Positions 24,373 through 33,673 of a stretch of 43,118 nt of DNA are shown here, piece by piece; position 1 is the first letter of the stretch, and every line of letters begins with the position of its first letter. Made by a program: the position numbers and the translations under genes. The stretch lies in the NCBI GenBank assembly GCA_045648865.1, contig JAZROU010000073.1:1-43118 (forward strand), in the 5' to 3' direction. This stretch comes from Candidatus Enterousia sp. (GTDB lineage Bacteria > Pseudomonadota > Alphaproteobacteria > Rs-D84). The notes beneath the pieces were generated by a model. That model was not told where the DNA came from, did not search any database, and was given only the letters and a program-made list of their open reading frames with translations.

Positions 24373-24735
24373 ATGACTTATGCAGATATGAAGAACATGT
24401 TAATAATGACGGACGATCCAGTTATGCGTTTGGAAATGGTGATGGATTTTGGCCGAAATTTGGCGCCTGTGCCAGATGATGCAGAATGTAGCGAAATTGT
24501 CGGTTGTGCGTCGTTTGTGCAGATTTGTCGACGGGGAAATCGTTTTTATGGGGTGGCAGATTCGGCATTGGTCCGGGGAATCGTTGCAATTATTGTTGCA
24601 ATGGTTGATGGAAAAAGGCGCGACGAAATAAAAAATATGGATATCGCAGGTGAATTTAATCAGCTGAATTTGAATCTGGGGGCAGGGCGTATGAACGGTT
24701 TGAATTCTATGATTAGTTTTTTACAGAATTTGTGA
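24373..24735 (+). CDS. sufE: SufE/CsdE-like sulfur acceptor
   Basis: 120 aa. VGCASFVQI contains the conserved acceptor Cys context. Confidence 0.75.
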   Translation: MTYADMKNMLIMTDDPVMRLEMVMDFGRNLAPVPDDAECSEIVGCASFVQICRRGNRFYGVADSALVRGIVAIIVAMVDGKRRDEIKNMDIAGEFNQLNLNLGAGRMNGLNSMISFLQNL

Positions 24736-24775
24736 TAAAATGCCTTTAGGCGTGTTGTTGTATGGGGGGGGATTT

Positions 24776-25069
24776 ATGCAAGACGATGAAAAGATGTTTC
24801 AAATTGGTGTGTGGTCTGTTGGGGTTGTGTTGTTGATGACCGTTATTTTACAGGTGGCATTTCGTACACAAAATCGTCAAATAAATCGTGTCAGACGTGA
24901 AATTGTTGAAACGCAACAACAAATCGCAATTGCAGAGGCAAACTTTGCGGCATATGTTCGGCCAGAGATTTTGCGTAATTTGGTTATTAGCGTAACCCCA
25001 ACGGCAGAGGCAGTAAGTTTTAATAAGTCTGTTCAGGTAAATGATTTGAAATTTAAAGAAGTATTATAA
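24776..25069 (+). CDS. ftsL: cell division protein FtsL-like
   Basis: G-rich RBS, then ATG 24776. Single TM (IGVWSVGVVLLMTVILQVAF) followed by a coiled coil. Lies directly 5' of ftsI. Confidence 0.6.
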   Translation: MQDDEKMFQIGVWSVGVVLLMTVILQVAFRTQNRQINRVRREIVETQQQIAIAEANFAAYVRPEILRNLVISVTPTAEAVSFNKSVQVNDLKFKEVL

Positions 25070-26701
25070 ATGTTTGAGGTTGGCAAAGATATTTTCAAAT
25101 ATGGATTTTCTGGCGCCCGTGGCGATGGTGTTGGGCGTAAACGGTTGCGTGTGATGTATACCGTGTTCTTGATTGCGTTTATGATATTTATTGGGCGTAC
25201 GTTGCAGTTGGGGTTTCAGGGAACAGATCGTACGCGTTTGGCCGGCGCAGATGGGCAATGGGATGTTCAACGGGCGGATATTGTCGATAGAAATGGTGAC
25301 ATTTTGGCAAAAAATGTTGCGTCTGGGCATATAATTTTGCGAAATCGAGCCGTAAAAGAACAGGATAGAGATGCGGTTGCGCAGACAATTCATGCGGCGT
25401 TACCGTATGAATATTCACTGGCAGATGCGATTGAATTGGTTAATTCAGATCGTCGATTTATTCGACTGAAAAAATATGCCAGTGATAAACAGCGCGAGAT
25501 TGTTCAGAATGCGCGCCTGGAAGGGTTAGAGGTTGAAAAAATTCAAACCAGAAAATATCCAAAACGCAGATTGTTTTCGCATGTTGTTGGCTTTGTTGGT
25601 GCCGAAGGACGTGGACTGGAGGGGGCAGAACGCGTATATGATAAATATCTGACAGAAAACAAGGACCCATTGCGATTGTCGGTCGATTCGCGTATACAGG
25701 CGGTGTTCTATGACCAGTTGTCGTTCGCGATGCAGAAATACGGTACACGGGCGGCGATGGGTATGCTGATGAATTCCAGAACCGGCGAGATTATTGCAAT
25801 GGTGTCTTTGCCGGATTATGACCCTGAAAATCTGTCCGCGGATCCAGTGGCGAATCGTTTGTTTAAGCCCATGCGCGGGGTCTTTGAATTGGGGTCTATA
25901 TTTAAGATATTTAATACTGCATTGGCGTTGGAAAATGGTATAAACAAAGAATACTATGTCAAAGAACCGTTCATTATTCCGGATAAGTTTGGACGGACGG
26001 CCGCGAAAATTACAGATGTGCGCAGTTTTAAACCGCCACGGCCATATTTAACAATCGAAGAAATTATGGTGCATTCTTGTAATGTGGGCAGTGCACAAAT
26101 TGCCCTGGATTTGCCAGATGGGGCACAAAAAGAATTCTTTGAACGGCTGCATTTTGACGAGTCGTTGGACCTGGAATTTGGACGCACAGAAAAGCCCCTG
26201 ATGCCGAATAAGTGGGGACCGGTCGAACGCGCAACACGTTCGTATGGGCATGGTATTTCTGTTACGCCAATGCATCTGATGTTGGCGGTTAATGCAGTTA
26301 CAAATGGTGGTATTTATATATATCCAACATTGCAAAAAAGAAATATCGGTGTTGTGCGGGGTGAACGTGTGCTGAAAGATGAAATATCGGCAAAGTTGCG
26401 ACCGATTATGTTGCGTGTCGCAGAAGAAACCAGTGGTAAGCAGGCACGTGTCGCCGGTGTTCAAATTGGTGGAAAAACAGCAACTGCGGTTAAGTATACA
26501 AATGGCAAGGTTGACCATAAACGAAATGTGACGGCGTTTGTGGGAATATTTCCTGTGAATGCACCGCAGTATACGATATTGGTTGTTTTGGATGAGCCAC
26601 AGGGAACAAAAGAATCCTGGGGATGGCGTACGGCGGCGTGGAATGCTGTGCCGACAACAGGAAAAATTTTGGACAGTATACTGCCGTTGCTATTTGAATA
26701 A
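25070..26701 (+). CDS. ftsI: peptidoglycan D,D-transpeptidase FtsI (class B PBP)
   Basis: 543 aa. N-terminal TM. SxxK = SIFK and SxN = SCN. The KTG box reads KTA. Confidence 0.85.
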   Translation: MFEVGKDIFKYGFSGARGDGVGRKRLRVMYTVFLIAFMIFIGRTLQLGFQGTDRTRLAGADGQWDVQRADIVDRNGDILAKNVASGHIILRNRAVKEQDRDAVAQTIHAALPYEYSLADAIELVNSDRRFIRLKKYASDKQREIVQNARLEGLEVEKIQTRKYPKRRLFSHVVGFVGAEGRGLEGAERVYDKYLTENKDPLRLSVDSRIQAVFYDQLSFAMQKYGTRAAMGMLMNSRTGEIIAMVSLPDYDPENLSADPVANRLFKPMRGVFELGSIFKIFNTALALENGINKEYYVKEPFIIPDKFGRTAAKITDVRSFKPPRPYLTIEEIMVHSCNVGSAQIALDLPDGAQKEFFERLHFDESLDLEFGRTEKPLMPNKWGPVERATRSYGHGISVTPMHLMLAVNAVTNGGIYIYPTLQKRNIGVVRGERVLKDEISAKLRPIMLRVAEETSGKQARVAGVQIGGKTATAVKYTNGKVDHKRNVTAFVGIFPVNAPQYTILVVLDEPQGTKESWGWRTAAWNAVPTTGKILDSILPLLFE

Positions 26702-26703
26702 AT

Positions 26704-28479
26704 TTGAATTATAATGCACTTGATAATAAAAAAAAGAGAAGTGCGTTGAGTCGGATAGTAGAGAAGTCCATGCTGGGCAAAGCATGGGTTATGGCTGGTG
26801 GTGTTGGTGATGTAAATTCAGACGATCTGGTGAAAAAAATTTTGGCCGGACGTGGAATTGTTGCTGATGCCGAAGTGAAAAAATTTTTAAATCCTTCGAT
26901 TAAAGAATATATGCCGGATCCGTCTGTATTGGCTGATATGGATGTGGCAGCGGGGGTTATTGCAGATGCGATTGTGGCGGGACATAAAATCGCAATTTAT
27001 GGCGATTATGATGTCGATGGAATAACATCAACGGCAATTTTTGTAAAGTATCTGCGTGCGGTAAATGCAAATGTTATTTGGCATTTGCCAACCCGCGAGG
27101 GGGAAGGGTACGGCCTGAATAATGATGCAATTGATGAAATTGTAAAAAGTGGTGCAAATCTGCTGGTGACGGTTGATTGTGGTATCAGTGGCGCGGACGA
27201 GGTTGCGCATGCACGTGAAATGGGGCTGCGGGTGGTTGTGACAGATCATCATTCGCCGGATTGTGTGTTGCCTGTGGCGGACGCGGTTGTTAATCCAAAA
27301 CGTATGGATGATACGTCGAATATGACGTATTTGGCGGGTGTTGGGGTGGCGTTTTTGGCGCTGGTTGCGTTGAATCGCGAATTGAAAAGTCGTGGTTTAG
27401 GATTGGAAAATTCCGAACTGATGAATTATATGGATTTGGTCGCGCTGGGGACGATTTGCGATACCATGCCGTTGATAGGATTAAATCGCGCCTTTGTTGC
27501 GACGGGACTGAAAGTTTTAGGGTTGCGACAAAACCTGGGGTTGCGTGTGTTGATGGATGTTGCAGGGATTAAGCAACCGTCTGTTTATGCGGCGGGGTTT
27601 GCGTTGGGGCCACGTTTGAATGCAGCGGGACGATAGGATTCTGCGGCGCCTGCGTTGGATTTGTTGTTGACAGATAATCCGCTGATTGCAAATGACCTGG
27701 CGAATAAATTGCATGCGATGAATCAGGAACGTATCGATATTCAAAACGCGATTATGTTGCGGGCGTGTGAAATGGCAGAAGATTGTTGTAAGTCTGGTCG
27801 GTGCAGTCTGTTTGTTTGTGGTGAAAATTGGCATGGTGGTGTGATGGGGATTATCGCAGGCCGGTTGAAGGATAAGTATAATTTGCCGTCTTGTGTGGCA
27901 ACTAAATCTGATGGGGTTATAAATGGGTCTGGACGTTCAATCCCAGGGGTAGATTTGGGAAAAATTATTCATGATGCGTTGGCCGCGGGCGTTATTAGCG
28001 AAGGTGGCGGACACGCAGCCGCCGCTGGGTTTTCGTTGAACGTGGAAAATGAAGGCAGATTTTGTGAATTTTTAGAACGGGCGGTGATAGAACAACTGAA
28101 CGGGGAAATGCCGGCGCCAGAAATCTTGGTCGATGCGGAAATAGATGCAGGTGGGGCGAATATGAGGCTGGTTAAGAATATGTCACAATTGGCGCCGTTT
28201 GGTCAGGGAAATCCAGAACCAACGCTGGTTCTGCGGGGTGGGGTATTAAGATATGCGTCTGTTATGGGGGGCGGGGCACATTTGCGTGGTGCAATTACCA
28301 CCAGTTTGGGCAACCAGTTGTCTTTTGTTGGGTTTAATTTAGTTGGAACACCGGTTGGTGATTTTTTGCTGGACGATGCAAACATAAATACTAAAATAAT
28401 GCTGTTGGGCAAATTAAAAGAAAATGAGTATAATGGGCGTGTTAGTGCACAGTTCTTTGTAGAAGATGTCGCGATATAA
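26704..28479 (+). pseudogene. recJ: recJ single-stranded-DNA exonuclease interrupted by one in-frame TAG (27634-27636)
   Basis: The two ORFs 26704..27636 and 27655..28479 are in the same frame. DHH motifs GDYDVDG, TVDCG and VVVTDHH are present. The stop falls inside the conserved GPRLNAAGR-[L] motif. DHHA1 motif GGGHAAAAG lies downstream. Confidence 0.8.
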
Positions 28480-28490
28480 AGTTGGTGTAT

Positions 28491-29441
28491 ATGGAACAAA
28501 ATATAAAAGATTTTTTCCAGCGCGTGCAGGCTGCAAAATCAATCGCAATTATGGGACATAAAAATCCAGATGGCGATTCGTTGTGCAGTGTGCTGGCGTT
28601 GGCACATTTGATAGAGGAAAACTTTGGTGTCAGTCCGGTTTGCTTATATGATGGTAATATTCCAGAAAATTTGACAAATGTGCCGCTGCGTTCGCGTATA
28701 AAGTATTTTGAACGTGTCGATATGACACAGGTGTTCGATTTGGCCATCGTGATGGATTATGGAAATCCAGTACATATTGGTGGGCCAAAGATACTGGTTG
28801 ATAATGCAAAGTTTGTAATAGAAATAGATCACCATAAAAATGAAAATAATATTGGCGATTTATGTATAAATGATGATACGGCGCCTGCGACGGCCGTAAT
28901 TGTGTATCGTATATTGCGCGCGGGTGGTTTGGTAATGGATGCACGTACAGCGGATTTGTTGGCGTTGGCAATTTTAACAGATACGGGTAATTTTAAATTT
29001 GTGCGCAATGGTGATGCGTTGCGTATAATGGCAGACCTGGTGGATACAGGCGTCAATATTCGAAATCTGATAGAATTGATGAACGATAAACCACGAAAGG
29101 CTGTGCAGTTGGAGGCACGAACAACAGCAAATGCAGAATTTTTCTATCACGGGCGTTTGGCGTTGGCGACAATCGAGAAAAAGGATTATAAGCATCTGGA
29201 TGGACGTGGTGAAACAGTGCTAAGTTTGTTAGGGCAGATTCATGGGGTGGATTATGTCGTTTTGCTGAAAGAGCAAAAGCCAGAACAAATAGGTATTTCT
29301 ATTCGCAGTCGTAAAAAACCGATTGATAAAATTGCAGTGGCGCTGGGGGGCGGTGGGCATGAACGTGCCGCCGGTGCAATTGTGCGGGATAATTTGCAAA
29401 ATGTGCGGGCCCGCGTCTTGGAATTATTTAAGGGAGAATGA
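28491..29441 (+). CDS. nrnA: DHH/DHHA1 phosphoesterase (NrnA-like oligoribonuclease/pAp phosphatase)
   Basis: GHKNPDGDSLCS, EIDHHKN and GGGGHERAAG motifs. ATG 28491 is preferred over TTG 28482. Confidence 0.75.
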   Translation: MEQNIKDFFQRVQAAKSIAIMGHKNPDGDSLCSVLALAHLIEENFGVSPVCLYDGNIPENLTNVPLRSRIKYFERVDMTQVFDLAIVMDYGNPVHIGGPKILVDNAKFVIEIDHHKNENNIGDLCINDDTAPATAVIVYRILRAGGLVMDARTADLLALAILTDTGNFKFVRNGDALRIMADLVDTGVNIRNLIELMNDKPRKAVQLEARTTANAEFFYHGRLALATIEKKDYKHLDGRGETVLSLLGQIHGVDYVVLLKEQKPEQIGISIRSRKKPIDKIAVALGGGGHERAAGAIVRDNLQNVRARVLELFKGE

Positions 29442-29446
29442 TAAAA

Positions 29447-30061
29447 ATGAAAAAATTATTGGTCGCAATAGTTTGCAGTTTGATGTCGTCAATAGGGCAG
29501 GCGGCTGTGGATGATGGATTGGTAAAGCAGGCAGAAAAATATTTGAATTCTATTACTGGGCTGACGGGCGGGTTTGTTCAGACCGCAAATGCAAAGCAAC
29601 AGGCAGGCGATTTTTTTATGTTGCGACCGGGGCGTGTGCGCCTGGATTATGATGATATGCCTGTGCAGCTGATTTCGGATGGTCAGGATTTGTATTTCTT
29701 TGATAAATCGTTGGATCAAATTACAACGGTTCCTATTTCCAGTACGCCAGCAGGTATTCTGATCAGAAAAAATATTGATTTGGTTAATGCTGATATTAAT
29801 GTTATTGAAACACAGGATTGGAAGAATTCTTTTGCGTTAAAGATGAATTTGCGGGGGCAAGAAGGGTTAGGGCATATGACGGTCGTTTTCGATAAGAAAC
29901 CCCTGAAACTGAATTCGTGGACTGTTGTTGATGCAACTGGGGCCAAGACAGATGTCGCGTTTCGTGGTTTGAAAGAAAAAACGAATTTTGGTAAAAATTT
30001 TTTCCAAATTCAGCGACACAAAACGGTTAGCACCAGTGGTGGTGATGAATATTATGACTAG
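29447..30061 (+). CDS. lolA: outer-membrane lipoprotein carrier protein LolA
   Basis: RBS AAGGGAG lies 10 nt upstream of ATG 29447. Signal peptide MKKLLVAIVCSLMSSIGQA. LolA-like LTGGFVQT and size. Confidence 0.7.
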   Translation: MKKLLVAIVCSLMSSIGQAAVDDGLVKQAEKYLNSITGLTGGFVQTANAKQQAGDFFMLRPGRVRLDYDDMPVQLISDGQDLYFFDKSLDQITTVPISSTPAGILIRKNIDLVNADINVIETQDWKNSFALKMNLRGQEGLGHMTVVFDKKPLKLNSWTVVDATGAKTDVAFRGLKEKTNFGKNFFQIQRHKTVSTSGGDEYYD

Positions 30062-30068
30062 TTAAGAT

Positions 30069-30359
30069 ATGTTTGGAATTAGTTGGGCAGAATTTTTTGT
30101 AATTATACTGGTTGGTGTTATTGTTGTGCCGGCACGAATGTGGCCAGATGTGGCGCGTTTCTTGGCCCGTATGGTTAAGTTTGTGCGTGGTTTGGTCTGG
30201 AAAATAACAGATGCGTCTGAAAATTTAAAACAGCAAATTGAACTGGAAAAGCCAATCGATGATTTGATAAAAACAACAACAAATGATGTGTTGGATACTT
30301 TTTCGACTGTGATGGAAAAACCTAAAAAAACGATTCGAAAAAAGGCGCAAAAAAAATGA
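30069..30359 (+). CDS. tatB: twin-arginine translocase subunit TatB
   Basis: 96 aa. MFGISWAEFFVIILVGVIVV N-terminus plus an amphipathic helix. Overlaps tatC (ATGA). Confidence 0.75.
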   Translation: MFGISWAEFFVIILVGVIVVPARMWPDVARFLARMVKFVRGLVWKITDASENLKQQIELEKPIDDLIKTTTNDVLDTFSTVMEKPKKTIRKKAQKK

Positions 30360-31063
30360 AAAATATGACATTGTTGCAGCATTTTTCTGAATTGCGTCGG
30401 CGAATTTTATGGGTGGCCTTGATTTTCGTGGTCGCGTTTATAGGTGGATGGTATATGGCGCCGGTTTTGCAAGAATATTTAACGGGGCCGTTGTTGTCGG
30501 TGTGGGGTGATGGGGCGCTGATTTATACAGGGTTGACAGATGGGTTGATGATTCAGTTTTCTTTGGCGACGCTGTTTGCGCTGGTTATTATTATGCCAGT
30601 TGTGCTGTGGCATGTATGGGCATTCGTTGCGCCGGGATTAAAGAAAAATGAACGTGGATTGATTTTGCCAATGTTAATTATGTCACCGATATTGTTCTTG
30701 GCCGGTGCTGGGTTCGCATTTTATTTCTTGTTTCCGATTGTGTTCAAATTTTTTGTCGAACTGAATCAGGCGGCACCGGTCCCGGCGGTTGTGTTGCCGG
30801 CCGTGCGTGATTATTTGACATTTACAATTGGTTTGTTAAAGGTTTTTGGCGTGGCATTTCAATTGCCATTGGTTTTGGTGCTGTTGAATCGTGTTGGTGT
30901 TCTGGCGCGTTCAAGGGTTTTGAAAATGCGCAGATATGCGATTGTATTTATTGTGATTGTGGCGGCCGTTTTAACGCCACCTGATGTTGTCAGCCAGGTT
31001 CTGTTGGCGTTGCCAATGTGGTTGCTGTTTGAAATCAGTATTTTATTTATGCGTCGTGGTTGA
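30356..31063 (+). CDS. tatC: twin-arginine translocase subunit TatC
   Basis: 235 aa. HFSELRRRI N-terminal motif and 6 TM segments. Confidence 0.9.
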   Translation: MKNMTLLQHFSELRRRILWVALIFVVAFIGGWYMAPVLQEYLTGPLLSVWGDGALIYTGLTDGLMIQFSLATLFALVIIMPVVLWHVWAFVAPGLKKNERGLILPMLIMSPILFLAGAGFAFYFLFPIVFKFFVELNQAAPVPAVVLPAVRDYLTFTIGLLKVFGVAFQLPLVLVLLNRVGVLARSRVLKMRRYAIVFIVIVAAVLTPPDVVSQVLLALPMWLLFEISILFMRRG

Positions 31064-31068
31064 TTTTA

Positions 31069-31077
31069 TGGTATAAT
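31069..31077 (+). promoter_or_regulatory. extended -10 element TGGTATAAT, 6 nt upstream of the nlpD-like ATG
   Basis: TATAAT at 31072-31077. There is no purine-rich RBS before ATG 31084, so the mRNA may be leaderless. Confidence 0.35.
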
Positions 31078-31083
31078 TATTCC

Positions 31084-32328
31084 ATGAAAAAAATCTTTTG
31101 GATTTTATTTGGTGCGCTGTTCATGCAGACGGCATGTGATTTACAGCCCAAGGTTTTGTCGTTCCCAGATTCTGTTGGGGACTTTATTTCAGCGCGATAT
31201 CCAGCATTGTTGGCGGATCCAAACGCAAATCCAGAAATTTATAATTCGGCGGCAATGGATTATGGGGTCTATGCTTCGCCAGAGCTGTATGGGTCGGCAA
31301 CAAATGACGAATATGTGATGTATGCATCGGTAGATGATTATATTTTGCCACCACAAATGACAGATGTTGATGTGGATGATAATGCAGATGTGGCGGAAAG
31401 CGATAATGCGGAAAACAAGAATGTGGATGAACCATCGGTGGCAACGGTTGATGATTATATCTTGGTGCCGATGTATGGCGATACAGGTGCGCAAAGGGTG
31501 GAATACAAAAAAGACAGCGATGATTTGCTGTTGGTTAATAAGCCATATGTAGGGGCGCAAAGTACAACGCGGGTGGAATTAACCGATGTTGTGGTCGCGC
31601 GCGGTGATACGCTGTATTCTTTGTCGCGAAAATATTCTGTTCCGGTAAATGATTTGGCGGTTATGAATAATTTGTCGGCACCATTTGATTTGCGCGTCGG
31701 ACAAAAAATTCGTGTTCCAAATCTGGCGCGGGTACCGGTTGAAACAATTGATGCGCCTGTTGTAAAAGATGTAAAAAAATCCCAGAAAACCAGCGTACAG
31801 ACAAATAATGAAAAAGAAAAAAATGTCGCACAGAAAAAGGTAGATGCACAGAAGAAAGTAGAGGCGCCAAAGAAAGTCAGTGCAGAAAAACCCGTAAAAA
31901 AGATTTCATCAGATCCATCGACACGATTGCCAAAGATTAATGCACGTTCTTCGTCAAAGTTTTCATGGCCGGTGCGGGGAAAGATTCTGTCAAACTATGG
32001 CGCAAAATCAAATGGGTTATTTAATGATGGGATAAACATTAGTGCAAAAATTGGCGCGCCGGTTAAGGCAGCTGAAAATGGGGTTGTCGCATACGCTGGG
32101 AACGAGGTTAAAGGAATGGGAAATCTGGTGATTGTTCAGCATGATGCGGGATGGATGACGGTTTATGCGCATATGGGAACAATGACTGTAAGGCGTGGTA
32201 CCAGGGTTGCGGTTGGACAAAAAATAGGTACGGTTGGTAAAACAGGCAAGGTCGATGTGCCACAGTTGCATTTCGAAATTCGCAAGGGGACCAAGGCGTA
32301 TAATCCAACGCAATATTTGAAAAAATAG
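31084..32328 (+). CDS. LysM + M23 peptidase lipoprotein (NlpD-like)
   Basis: Lipobox FMQTAC. LysM segment VVARGDTLYSLSRKYSVPVNDLAVMNNL. M23 motifs GNLVIVQH and LHFEIRKG. Confidence 0.8.
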   Translation: MKKIFWILFGALFMQTACDLQPKVLSFPDSVGDFISARYPALLADPNANPEIYNSAAMDYGVYASPELYGSATNDEYVMYASVDDYILPPQMTDVDVDDNADVAESDNAENKNVDEPSVATVDDYILVPMYGDTGAQRVEYKKDSDDLLLVNKPYVGAQSTTRVELTDVVVARGDTLYSLSRKYSVPVNDLAVMNNLSAPFDLRVGQKIRVPNLARVPVETIDAPVVKDVKKSQKTSVQTNNEKEKNVAQKKVDAQKKVEAPKKVSAEKPVKKISSDPSTRLPKINARSSSKFSWPVRGKILSNYGAKSNGLFNDGINISAKIGAPVKAAENGVVAYAGNEVKGMGNLVIVQHDAGWMTVYAHMGTMTVRRGTRVAVGQKIGTVGKTGKVDVPQLHFEIRKGTKAYNPTQYLKK

Positions 32329-32418
32329 TTGTTTGTATCGTTACGTTGTGAATACTGTCAAATCAGTTTTTTTTGTGACTTCTGATATTCTGTGTAGAAA
32401 ATGGCAAGGGAGGAAGTT

Positions 32419-33618
32419 ATGAAAAGGCTGGTTTTTATTTTATCTGTTATTTTGGTTTTGTTGTTGATTGTGTGGTTGGTTGGGCGTATGAATCGCCAGT
32501 TGGCGCGTTCAGGGAATGAATATCAGGCATCAATACGTGATGAAAAAATTGTTATTTATGATATCGATGAATTGGAATCGCAGGTCGCAAAGATTATCCC
32601 AAGTGGTGGGTTCGATTATATTCGAGGGGGCGCCGAGACAGAAAATACTATGCGCCGAAATGAGGCCTCGTTTGATGCGGTTGATATTTATCCGCGTGTT
32701 TTGACCGGGGTGGATAAGCCAGATACACGTACGTCTGTGTTGGGGGTTGATATTTCTATGCCGATAATAGTGGCACCTGCGGCGGCGCATGGATTGGCGC
32801 ACGTTTCCGCCGAAGCCGGCAGTGCGCGTGGGGCGGCCGCCGCGGGAACAATTATGTCTGTCAGTACATATGCCAGTTCAACATTGGCAGAAGTCGCCGG
32901 TGCGGGTAATGGCGCACCACAATGGTTTCAGTTGTATTTAAGCAAGGATGATGAAACGAATCGGGCGCTGATTAAGTCTGCAGAAAAACTGGGGTATCGC
33001 GCGGTGATATTGACCGTCGATGCGCCAATCGGTGGAAATCGGCTGCGGGATGCGCGTAATAATTTTAAATTCCCGTTGGATTTGCCAAATGTGCCGCGTT
33101 CGGGCGGCCAAGGAATTGGCGCAATATTTGCAGCGGCGCAAAATGATTTGACCCCGTATGATGTTATGCGTGTAAAATCAATGACGCGGTTGCCAGTGAT
33201 TGTTAAGGGAATTCAGCACCCCGATGATGCTGAGGTCGCAATTGCCGCCGGCGCAGATGCAATTTGGGTTTCAAATCATGGGGGACGGCAATTAGATGGT
33301 GCACCAGCTGCGTTCGAGGTCTTGCCCGAAATCGCCATGCGTGTGAACAAGCGTGTGCCAATTATTTTTGATAGCGGTGTTCGTCGTGGTCAGCATGTTT
33401 TTAAAGCAATTGCAAGTGGGGCAGATGTTGTCGCAGTTGGGCGTCCTGTGATTTATGGGTTGGCGTTGGGTGGATGGCGCGGGGTGGAATCGGTGCTGGA
33501 ATACCTAAGAAATGATTTACAACGCGTTATGTGGTTGGCAGGGGCACAAACAGTGGATGAGATAAAGGATATAGAATTGCGTGAAAAATGTGTGGTGGGA
33601 CAAAGTTCTGAATTGTAA
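32419..33618 (+). CDS. FMN-dependent alpha-hydroxy acid oxidase/dehydrogenase (L-lactate oxidase-like) with N-terminal TM anchor
   Basis: RBS AGGGAGGAAG, then ATG 32419. TM segment LVFILSVILVLLLIVWLV. TVDAPIGGNRLRDARN and SNHGGRQLDG motifs. Confidence 0.75.
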   Translation: MKRLVFILSVILVLLLIVWLVGRMNRQLARSGNEYQASIRDEKIVIYDIDELESQVAKIIPSGGFDYIRGGAETENTMRRNEASFDAVDIYPRVLTGVDKPDTRTSVLGVDISMPIIVAPAAAHGLAHVSAEAGSARGAAAAGTIMSVSTYASSTLAEVAGAGNGAPQWFQLYLSKDDETNRALIKSAEKLGYRAVILTVDAPIGGNRLRDARNNFKFPLDLPNVPRSGGQGIGAIFAAAQNDLTPYDVMRVKSMTRLPVIVKGIQHPDDAEVAIAAGADAIWVSNHGGRQLDGAPAAFEVLPEIAMRVNKRVPIIFDSGVRRGQHVFKAIASGADVVAVGRPVIYGLALGGWRGVESVLEYLRNDLQRVMWLAGAQTVDEIKDIELREKCVVGQSSEL

Positions 33619-33626
33619 ACAAAAGC

Positions 33627-33655
33627 TTGCATTTTATGGATTTTATGTCTATAAT
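33627..33655 (+). promoter_or_regulatory. promoter TTGCAT-17-TATAAT for tRNA-Lys
   Basis: -35 at 33627-33632 and a perfect -10 at 33650-33655, 19 nt upstream of the mature tRNA 5' end. Confidence 0.6.
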
Positions 33656-33673
33656 TAGCCGCGTTACAGTTCT

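Noticed and set aside
24740-24775. N-terminal extension of the FtsL-like ORF (MPLGVLLYGGGF)
   Set aside because: The G-run here serves better as the RBS for ATG 24776. The extension is not typical of FtsL.
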